This document shows, in pieces, positions 27,891-34,802 of a DNA stretch of 64,000 bases. Each line of letters starts with the position of its first letter. Positions within the stretch are counted from its first letter, which is position 1. Location: contig MWCV01000004.1 of assembly GCA_002070215.1 (NCBI GenBank), forward strand, positions 19,407 through 83,406, given 5' to 3'. Origin of the DNA: Chloroflexi bacterium ADurb.Bin180 (lineage in GTDB: Bacteria > Chloroflexota > Anaerolineae > UBA2200). The translations under genes were made by a program, and so were the position numbers. A model generated the notes under the pieces. The model had not been told where the DNA came from and did not search any database. It saw only the letters and a list, made by a program, of their open reading frames with translations.

Positions 27891-29529
27891 GGGCATAAGC
27901 CTCGAGTACATCGGACACGGTGAGCAGGCCCGAGTCAAACAGCCTGGCTACCTGAGTAGCGAACGCTGGCGCTTCAGCCATGGCCTCCGCCGGTGGCGCG
28001 TCGACCACAATGCGGCCCTCGCTCATGATGACAATGCGCCCGGCACACTCAGCGGCCAGCTCGGTGTCGTGGGTCACCAGGATGACCGTTCTGCCAGAAG
28101 CGGTTTGTGCTTTGAGAAAGCGAGCAAGGGTCTGTTTCTCGAGTGGATCCAATCCCCTGGTGGGTTCGTCGAGGAGCAGCGTGTCCGGTTCCGCCACCAG
28201 AATGGCCGCCAGAGCCGCTCTCTGGCGCTCGCCAACACTGAGAGAGCGCGGGTAGCGGTCGCCCAGCCGGGATAGGCCAAGCTGGTTCAGCCATTGGTTC
28301 GTATCGGCTGGAGGCAGCCGGTGCGCTTTGCGGGTGAACTCGAGTTCCTCTCTGACCGAGTCGGCAAAGAGCAGGCTGCCCGGGTCCTGCGGGACGTAGC
28401 CCACATGTCGAATCAGCTCATCCAGTTGGGTCCGCGACGTGTCCATGCCGTGCACGAGGACGGAGCCCATCTGGGGGGTGATCAGACCGACCAGATGTTT
28501 GAGTAGAGTGGTCTTGCCCGAACCGTTGCGACCCATCAGCGCGATCAGCTCGCCCTGACGTGCCTGAAAGTCGATGCCCTTGAGCGCGGCAGAGGTCATG
28601 TCTTTGAATGTCCCGTTCGAGTTGTAGCTGTGGTACAGCCCCTGGACCTGGAGGACCACCGGAGCCGGCGAGCCAACGAGGGTCTGGTGGGCCACGTAGG
28701 CTTTGGGCAGGGGACCCAGGCGTGAGCGGAATGGCTCGGCTTCTTCAACGGTAGTTGGAACCGGACGCCAATCGAAAGCCTTTGCCAGTTGGGTCAAAGG
28801 GGGAGAGTAGGGCATTCCCATCAACACCTGTTCTGGCGGACCCAACACTGGCCTGGCGCCCAGGTCAGACAGGTACAGGATACGGTCGGCGTAGGGAACA
28901 ACTCGCTCCAGGCGATGTTCCGAGCATATGACCGTCAGCCCAAGGTCGGCGTTCAGGCACCGAAGGGTTGACAGCACTTCATCGGCGGAGCGCGGATCGA
29001 GCTGCGAGGTGGGCTCATCGAGCACCAGCAGGCGCGGCCTCAGCGTGAGCACCGAGCCGATAGCCACGCGTTGCTTCTCACCTGCCGACAGAGCGCTGAT
29101 GCGGCGGTTTCTGAGGTGCACGATGCCCAACTGCTGCAGTACCTCTTCGACCCGGCCGCGCATCACTGCTGGAGCGATACCCTGGTTTTCCATGCCAAAG
29201 GCAAGCTCATCTTCGACCGTATCCACTACGAATTGCGATTCTGGGTCTTGCTGCACCAGGCCAACCAGTGTGCTCATCTCGTGGGGGCCAGCCGCCACCG
29301 GATCCTTGCCTGCCACTCGTACCTGTCCGGAGAACCGTCCGCCACTAAAGTGGGGTACAAGCCCGTTCAGGGTGCGCAGCAGCGTTGACTTGCCACAGCC
29401 GGAGGGCCCGACCACCAGGAGGAACTCGCCCTCACGAATGTCGATGGTGAGCCGATCCAGCGCGGGGCGCTGGCTGTCCGGGTAGGTGAAAGTAACAGAC
29501 TGCAGCTCGGCGATGGTCCGCTCGGTCAT
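27880..29529 (-). CDS. fused double ECF/ABC ATPase (EcfA1-EcfA2, YkoD-like)
   Basis: Two Walker A sites (GPSGCGKST, GRNGSGKTT), two LSxGxxQR signatures (LSAGEKQRV, LSVGERQRA) and two Walker B sites (LLVLDEPT, LLLDEPT). The ATG overlaps the EcfT stop (ATGA 29526-29529). Confidence 0.9.
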   Translation of the reverse strand: MTERTIAELQSVTFTYPDSQRPALDRLTIDIREGEFLLVVGPSGCGKSTLLRTLNGLVPHFSGGRFSGQVRVAGKDPVAAGPHEMSTLVGLVQQDPESQFVVDTVEDELAFGMENQGIAPAVMRGRVEEVLQQLGIVHLRNRRISALSAGEKQRVAIGSVLTLRPRLLVLDEPTSQLDPRSADEVLSTLRCLNADLGLTVICSEHRLERVVPYADRILYLSDLGARPVLGPPEQVLMGMPYSPPLTQLAKAFDWRPVPTTVEEAEPFRSRLGPLPKAYVAHQTLVGSPAPVVLQVQGLYHSYNSNGTFKDMTSAALKGIDFQARQGELIALMGRNGSGKTTLLKHLVGLITPQMGSVLVHGMDTSRTQLDELIRHVGYVPQDPGSLLFADSVREELEFTRKAHRLPPADTNQWLNQLGLSRLGDRYPRSLSVGERQRAALAAILVAEPDTLLLDEPTRGLDPLEKQTLARFLKAQTASGRTVILVTHDTELAAECAGRIVIMSEGRIVVDAPPAEAMAEAPAFATQVARLFDSGLLTVSDVLEAYAHAD

Positions 29530-30665
29530 GGCAGCCCTTGAGGCACTTGCTCCACGTGGTCGGGAGCAAGTCGGTTCGGCTGTCTGGTATCCCTTTGCCA
29601 CCACAGTATCGGGGCAGCGAGGAGACTGGTAGCCAGGCCTACCCATGGCGAGAACCCCGGCCAGGGATTGGAAGGTGGATAGGGGTAGTAGTACAGCAGT
29701 GATGGCGCGCGCCACTGAATCAGGCCCAGTGCGACCAGCGAGGCCAATGACAGCGCAGCCACGTAGGTGTCACCCGGGCACCATGCTTCAAAGCGGTAGT
29801 GAGAGCGCTGGAAGCCACGCCCCTGCACATAGAGCGCAGCCAGAAGTGCAATTGTGCCGCCAAAGAGCAGAATAGTAGTGACAGTGAGCGCCTGGCTAAC
29901 GATGGCCCGCATCAGGAGGCCGGTCAGCAGCGCAACAAGTCCCACGATGGTCAGGGGCGTGGCCAGAGAGCGGCTCGAGGCAGTCCTGCCGGCCTCTTTC
30001 GACTGCGGCGCGATCCCGCCAAAGCCACGTGCCTCCATCGACTCAGCCAGGGTGAGGGAGCGTTCGAGAGCCGTGGTGATCAAGGGAACGAACAGAGGGA
30101 TCCAATCGCGGAGGCCGCGGAACTGGTGTCCGCGCACCCGCTGAGCTTCGCGAATCTCCTGAAAGCTGGACATGAGTTGGGGGATGAAGGACAGCGCAAT
30201 GGAGACTACCAGGCCGGCCTGGAAGAGGCCCGACGGAAGCCACCGCAAGAGGCGATGCGAGTCCAGTGCCAGGTTGAACGTGGCAAACACCAGCAGCACA
30301 GCGAACAGGCTCGCACCATTGGACAACCCGTACAGCAGTGCCTCCAGTGTAATGGGCCCGCCGATAAGCGGCCAGTTGCGAGGCAGGGTGAAAAGGATCA
30401 CCCGGCCGGCGTGGGCAAAGAGCAGGTTGAAAATGGTGGCGACAGCCCATACCCACAGTCCCAAGCGCAGAAAAGTGCCCCAGCCAGCGGCAGTGTGTCT
30501 GCCGGCGCCGCTGCTTTCGCCGCCCGTGCTGGCCTTGCTGGCAATGGTAAAGACCGTTCCCACGGTGAGGATCAGCAGCACCGTCTGCAGCGGCTGACTG
30601 TTGACCAGTGCCGCAAAGGCCGCGGCACACAGCCATGCCAACCAGGTCAGCGTGTGGTAGGTCAT
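29526..30665 (-). CDS. ECF-transporter transmembrane (T) component, CbiQ/EcfT family, with N-terminal extension
   Basis: TALERSLTLAESMEARGF coupling-helix motif in a multi-TM protein. ATGA overlap with the upstream gene (30662-30665). Confidence 0.8.
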   Translation of the reverse strand: MTYHTLTWLAWLCAAAFAALVNSQPLQTVLLILTVGTVFTIASKASTGGESSGAGRHTAAGWGTFLRLGLWVWAVATIFNLLFAHAGRVILFTLPRNWPLIGGPITLEALLYGLSNGASLFAVLLVFATFNLALDSHRLLRWLPSGLFQAGLVVSIALSFIPQLMSSFQEIREAQRVRGHQFRGLRDWIPLFVPLITTALERSLTLAESMEARGFGGIAPQSKEAGRTASSRSLATPLTIVGLVALLTGLLMRAIVSQALTVTTILLFGGTIALLAALYVQGRGFQRSHYRFEAWCPGDTYVAALSLASLVALGLIQWRAPSLLYYYPYPPSNPWPGFSPWVGLATSLLAAPILWWQRDTRQPNRLAPDHVEQVPQGLP

Positions 30666-31303
30666 CGTGGTCCGCTTGTGGTTCGGCGCCTGGTCAGCCA
30701 GAAGCCACCCAACAGAGCGAGAGCCATACCGGCAAACAGCAGATACTGACCAATGGGCGGCGCATCCACCGTGTCAGTGGATGTTGAGGGTGCCGGTTCG
30801 GGGGTGGAATCGGGGGGACAGACCTCCGCAAAGCTGATTGTGTCCGGAGGCGTTTCGGCATTGCCCCACATCCAGGCCTCAACGGAGCCATCGACGACGC
30901 CATGATCCGCCGAGCCGATGGCCGAGTACATCCAGCGGTTGTCCTTCCAATACCAGTAGCTCCAATAGCTGCACGGGGGTCTCAGGCACTGGCAGAAGCA
31001 CGGTTCTGAGGGGTACTGACATCCGGTCTGCTCGATCCGACACACGGCGCCGCCCCATGTCACTACCTTGAGCCCGGAGCGCGCCAGTAGCTCGAGGCCG
31101 CTGATGCTGGTCTCGGAGAAGCTAATGCAGCGCGTGATCCTGGCTGCTGACGGGTCGACCTGGTCCCCAATGGGTGCAGTCTGGATCACCAGCGCTGCCC
31201 GGGAAGGACGCTGCGCGGAGAGGCTCGGGCCGGAGCCGGTGACAAGCAGCACCATCCCCGTCGCGAGTATCAACGCTATTGACAGGAAGCGGTAACGCAA
31301 CAT
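30662..31303 (-). CDS. DUF4430 (transcobalamin-like beta-domain) protein with signal peptide, Cys-rich insert and C-terminal TM anchor
   Basis: N-terminal hydrophobic signal. ...ISGLELLARSGLKV...WYWKDNRWMYSAIGSADHGVVDGSVEAWMWGN resembles the DUF4430 core. Six-Cys insert CRIEQTGCQYPSEPCFCQCLRPPC. C-terminal LLFAGMALALLGGFWLTRRR anchor. Confidence 0.6.
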   Translation of the reverse strand: MLRYRFLSIALILATGMVLLVTGSGPSLSAQRPSRAALVIQTAPIGDQVDPSAARITRCISFSETSISGLELLARSGLKVVTWGGAVCRIEQTGCQYPSEPCFCQCLRPPCSYWSYWYWKDNRWMYSAIGSADHGVVDGSVEAWMWGNAETPPDTISFAEVCPPDSTPEPAPSTSTDTVDAPPIGQYLLFAGMALALLGGFWLTRRRTTSGPR

Positions 31304-31358
31304 CGCAACACTCCGGCGCGGGGCCAGCGGCTGCGGTCGCTGGCCCCGGCGCAGTCAG

Positions 31359-32399
31359 CTACTTGGAACCCAGCGGCAGGAACTTGCCCTCAAGCGCTGG
31401 AATGGCCTGCACTGTGGCCATAACCGGGCTGCCAATTCCAGGCTGGAACTCGACCTTACCGTCGGCTGTCTGCAGCTTGAGCAGAGCAGTGAGCGGGTCG
31501 CCATCAGGCTTTTTCCACTTGCCGGCAGAGGGGTCTTCTCCCACAGCGTACAGGGCCATGAGCACATTAGCAGTGGAGTTGGCATTTGTGTCAGTGCCCC
31601 ACTCGGACGGTTTGATCGCTGGAAAGCCGCCATCGTCGTTCTGTTGGGTCTCAAAGAAGGCCAGAGCCTTCTGGATGGACGCTGCGTTCTTGGCTTCGCC
31701 GCCCGCTACGAGGGCCTGCAGCACGATGGCCACCGTATCGTTGTCTGGCCCAAAGGCAGAATCCCAGGCGCCAGAGTCCAGTTGGTAGCTCTCGAGAACG
31801 GCCACCGCCTCGGCCGGCACAGGTTCTCCCGCTGCCTTGAGCGCCAGGATGGCCCAGGCCTGACCGACCGCGCCTGCGTCGTACGTTCCCTTGGTCTGCG
31901 CCAAGGATTGGAGCACAGCCAGCCAATCCTTGCCGCCAAAGGTCCTGGGGTCCTGCTTGGCGGCGGCGATGGTCACGATCAGCTTGGCGGTGGTGGCGGC
32001 ATCCGTGGCGTACTCACCGGCGGACGTGGAGAGGTACTCGGTCAGAGAAGGCTGGCCTGCCTCCTTGCGCCACGATGAGGCGTCGCCGCCGCTGGCAACG
32101 ATGGCGAGGACTGCATCGCAGGTGACGCCGGCAGGGTGGCCAAAGCCGGTGTTCAGACTGCCATCGTCCTGTTGCTGTGAGCGCAGCCACTCCACTGCTT
32201 TGAGTGCTGGTGTCGCCGGCACCTCAGTAGGCGTGGGCGCCGGGGTGGGCGGAATCGCCGTCGGTGGCACCGCTGTTGGCGGTACCTTCGTGGGAGGCAC
32301 TGCGGTAGGGGTTGGCTTGGGTGCGCAGCCGGCGACCAGAGCGATCACCAGCAGAGCCAGGAGAAGCGGTGCTTGTTTGCGAATGAAGGTTCCGGACAT
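31359..32399 (-). CDS. lipoprotein with prenyltransferase/terpene-cyclase-type alpha/alpha-toroid repeats
   Basis: Signal peptide plus lipobox LVAGC and a Pro/Thr linker. Repeats WLRSQQQDDGSL, SYQLDSGAW, ETQQNDDGGF and LKLQTADGKV. First gene downstream of the cobalamin riboswitch. Confidence 0.6.
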   Translation of the reverse strand: MSGTFIRKQAPLLLALLVIALVAGCAPKPTPTAVPPTKVPPTAVPPTAIPPTPAPTPTEVPATPALKAVEWLRSQQQDDGSLNTGFGHPAGVTCDAVLAIVASGGDASSWRKEAGQPSLTEYLSTSAGEYATDAATTAKLIVTIAAAKQDPRTFGGKDWLAVLQSLAQTKGTYDAGAVGQAWAILALKAAGEPVPAEAVAVLESYQLDSGAWDSAFGPDNDTVAIVLQALVAGGEAKNAASIQKALAFFETQQNDDGGFPAIKPSEWGTDTNANSTANVLMALYAVGEDPSAGKWKKPDGDPLTALLKLQTADGKVEFQPGIGSPVMATVQAIPALEGKFLPLGSK

Positions 32400-32424
32400 T
32401 GCTCATCCTTTCGTTCGATGATGC

Positions 32425-32460
32425 GAAAATAAAAGACCCCGTGCCGGTTCGGCCGGGGTC
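32425..32460 (-). terminator. intrinsic terminator acting as the expression platform of the cobalamin riboswitch
   Basis: Minus-strand GACCCCGGCCGAACCGGCACGGGGTC followed by TTTTATTTTC. It lies between the aptamer and the ATG at 32399. Confidence 0.75.
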
Positions 32461-32521
32461 TATGCTGTGGAGCTTGAGTTCTCTCCCACCCCCTTTCTCG
32501 CGAAGGGTACTCTAGGAGCCG

Positions 32522-32641
32522 CGCAGAGGCGGGGTTTCTGGCTCCCTCGGCTGGGCCGAGGATACAGTTGCGGGACAGCGCCGGACTTGCCGGTCTTCCC
32601 CCTTTGATCGCCTGGCTTCCAAGCCTGCGGCGACCTCTGCG
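32522..32641 (-). promoter_or_regulatory. cobalamin (B12) riboswitch aptamer
   Basis: Minus-strand CGCAGAGG...AAAGGGGGAAGACCGGCAAGUCCGGCGCUGUCCCGCAACUGUA...GAGCCAGAAACCCCGCCUCUGCG. It contains the conserved AGGGAA and GCUGxxCCCGCAACUGUA core and a B12-box (AGCCAGxAxCCxxGCC). An 8-bp P1 closes the element (32634-32641 with 32522-32529). Confidence 0.85.
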
Positions 32642-32663
32642 ATGCCAATGTTCAGTTGGCTGA

Positions 32664-32691
32664 AGTATAGATACCGTGAGGAAATTGTCAA
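32664..32691 (-). promoter_or_regulatory. sigma70-type promoter of the riboswitch-controlled operon
   Basis: Minus strand: perfect TTGACA (32691-32686), 16 nt spacer, TATACT (32669-32664). Confidence 0.6.
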
Positions 32692-32706
32692 ATCGCGCCA
32701 GTCTGG

Positions 32707-32735
32707 TTGCGGCTGGAGGCGTTCTGCACTAGAAT
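32707..32735 (+). promoter_or_regulatory. sigma70-type promoter of the ferric-reductase-like membrane protein gene
   Basis: TTGCGG (32707-32712), 17 nt spacer, TAGAAT (32730-32735). GGAGGAG Shine-Dalgarno precedes ATG 32769. Confidence 0.45.
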
Positions 32736-32768
32736 CACTGGCATCGCGATGGGAGGTAGTGGAGGAGC

Positions 32769-33374
32769 ATGGACGAGAAAACGGTGCGTCTGGTTCGGTC
32801 GGCTCTGCAGTGGTTCGTCGAGCTGACGGTGATCATCATCATTCTCACTCTCTGGAATACGCCCTCTTCTGGAGCGCTCAACCTGGCTCGCGCGGCTGGT
32901 TTGATTGGCTATATCGCCCTCTTCCTGGCGATTCTGTCCTTCGAGTTCGTGACGGAGATGACCCAGCTCTACGGAAGACCGTACCTGGCGGTCCATCACT
33001 GGCTAGCCTTCGCCGGCCTGGGACTGGCGCTGCTGCACGCCCTGGCGATGGCCGGGATGGAGAGGGACAGTTCGGTTCTTGTCCCGCGTTTAGGTTCGCT
33101 GCGGACCTTCTTGACCTTTGGTGGGCCGCCGGCGCTGTACCTGCTTCTCATCGCAGCAGCGGCGGGGTTTCTGCGCGGACGTATCGGTTCATCCTGGAAG
33201 TACATCCACTGGCTGAACTATGCAGCCTTCTTTTTGATCCTGGCCCACTCCTGGCTGCGGGGAACCAACGTGCCCCAGGGGATACTGAGCGTTCTGTGGC
33301 CGGCGATGGCGCTCATTGTGCTCGTTGTGTTTGTGCACAAGCACCTGTTGCGTAAGGGGCGGCCAGCAAGCTGA
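32769..33374 (+). CDS. stand-alone ferric-reductase-like (FRD/MsrQ-type) transmembrane domain protein, putative di-haem cytochrome b
   Basis: Six hydrophobic helices. Two His pairs spaced 13-14 residues apart in separate helices: VHHWLAFAGLGLALLHAL and IHWLNYAAFFLILAHSW. Confidence 0.5.
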   Translation: MDEKTVRLVRSALQWFVELTVIIIILTLWNTPSSGALNLARAAGLIGYIALFLAILSFEFVTEMTQLYGRPYLAVHHWLAFAGLGLALLHALAMAGMERDSSVLVPRLGSLRTFLTFGGPPALYLLLIAAAAGFLRGRIGSSWKYIHWLNYAAFFLILAHSWLRGTNVPQGILSVLWPAMALIVLVVFVHKHLLRKGRPAS

Positions 33375-33453
33375 GTCGTGGCGCGCGAGCCACCGGCCCT
33401 GACGGCGGCAGAATGGGGCTTTGCGGCGGTGGAAAAAAGGTCGAAGAAACGAG

Positions 33454-33481
33454 ACAGGGAGGCCCTCAAGGGCCTCCCTGT
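33454..33481. terminator. bidirectional terminator hairpin between convergent genes
   Basis: 12-bp perfect stem ACAGGGAGGCCC / GGGCCTCCCTGT with loop TCAA. The minus-strand side is followed by a T-rich tract (TCTCGTTTCTTCGACCTTTTTT). Confidence 0.65.
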
Positions 33482-33490
33482 TCTGTGTAA

Positions 33491-34708
33491 TCAGGCCGCG
33501 TCGCGGATGGCGCGGGCAAAAGCGGCTGCCAGGTCCTCCGCTTTGGACAGATCCTCAGATGAGGGCGCACCACGGAACTCGAGCGACTCGGACAGCTCCC
33601 ACTTGAGCTCCTCAGCAACGGTTTCGAACTCCTTCTGGGCCCCTCCGGACCAACCGAAAGAGCCGAAATGGAAGGCTTTCCGGCCGGTCATTCTCTTGCG
33701 CGCGATGCTGTCGAGAACCTGAGCCATAGGTGGAAACATCTTGACCTCATAGGTTGGAGCACCGACGATGATCCCCTTGTTCTTGAATACGGAAGCAAGA
33801 ATGTAAGAGTGGTCCGCCAGTGGTACCTCGAAGACTTCCATCGGCACTCCTTCGCGGGCCACGCCGCGCATCACGGCATCGGTCACGGCCTTGGTATTGC
33901 CATACATGCTGCTCCACAGCAGGGTGATGCCCTTTTCGCACTGACCGCCAGAGTAACCGGCGAACCTGAGGTAGCGCTGGACGACCTCCCCCGGATCAGA
34001 TCGCCACACCAGCCCGTGCGACGGAGCGATCACCGACACGGGGATGCCCTTGAGCTTGTCGATGGCGCGCTGCACGGGTTTGGCAAAGTTGGCGACGATG
34101 TTGGCATAGTAGCGCAGCATTTCGCGGTAATAGAAATCCTGGTCTTCGGGCAGGACCTCATCGTCGTAGAGAATGCCCTTGAGGGCGCCAAATCCGCCAA
34201 AGGCATCGCACGAGAACAGAACCTGGCTGTTTGGTTCGTAGGTCACCATCGTGTCCGGCCAGTGAACGAACGGGATATGGGCAAACACCAGCTTTTTGCC
34301 TGCGCCCAGGTCCAGTTCCTCGCCGTCGGCCACGGCACGTGCTCCTTCGGTGACCCCGCAGAGGGCCTGCGCTAGCTCAATCCCCTTGGGCGAGGCCAGG
34401 ATCTCTGCCCTGGGGGCAAGCCGGCGAAAGTTGCGCAAGAACTCGGAGTGATCAGGTTCCAGGTGGTTGGCCACAATATAGTCGACGTCCGCAGGCGCTA
34501 TGCCGGCTGTCTCTAGCTGCTGCAGCAAGTTACTGGAGCTGCCGCTCCACTCCCTCACCAGGTCGATGATGGCGATCTTGTCACCTTTGACGATGTACGA
34601 GTTCAGCGACACGCCGTCGGGGATGGGCCATAGCCCCTCGAACAGGTCGTGGGAACGGACGTTGACACCGACCCACCAGATGCCGGGTTTCATTTCGATT
34701 GCGGGCAT
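33491..34708 (-). CDS. fprA: A-type flavodiiron protein (FprA; O2/NO reductase)
   Basis: Metallo-beta-lactamase-like di-iron motif NHLEPDHS plus a C-terminal flavodoxin-like domain (LLWSSMYGNTKAV). About 405 aa. Confidence 0.85.
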   Translation of the reverse strand: MPAIEMKPGIWWVGVNVRSHDLFEGLWPIPDGVSLNSYIVKGDKIAIIDLVREWSGSSSNLLQQLETAGIAPADVDYIVANHLEPDHSEFLRNFRRLAPRAEILASPKGIELAQALCGVTEGARAVADGEELDLGAGKKLVFAHIPFVHWPDTMVTYEPNSQVLFSCDAFGGFGALKGILYDDEVLPEDQDFYYREMLRYYANIVANFAKPVQRAIDKLKGIPVSVIAPSHGLVWRSDPGEVVQRYLRFAGYSGGQCEKGITLLWSSMYGNTKAVTDAVMRGVAREGVPMEVFEVPLADHSYILASVFKNKGIIVGAPTYEVKMFPPMAQVLDSIARKRMTGRKAFHFGSFGWSGGAQKEFETVAEELKWELSESLEFRGAPSSEDLSKAEDLAAAFARAIRDAA

Positions 34709-34767
34709 GAGAGTTGTGCTCCTTTCGCGATAGATGCGGGGTCCGGGGCGGTCGAGCAATACGGCCG

Positions 34768-34796
34768 ATTATAGCTGGAGCCTCGCGGAGGGTCAA
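34768..34796 (-). promoter_or_regulatory. sigma70-type promoter of fprA
   Basis: Minus strand: TTGACC (34796-34791), 17 nt spacer, perfect TATAAT (34773-34768). AAAGGAG Shine-Dalgarno precedes ATG 34708. Confidence 0.6.
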
Positions 34797-34802
34797 TCAG
34801 AG

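Noticed and set aside
32224-32330. Repetitive DNA (…GGTGGCACCGCTGTTGGCGGTACCTTCGTGGGAGGCACTGCGGTAGG…) considered as a tandem repeat or array. Similar stretches occur at 38330-38440.
   Set aside because: These are in-frame codons for Pro/Thr/Ala/Val linker segments (VPPTA-type) of secreted proteins. They are not independent repeat elements.
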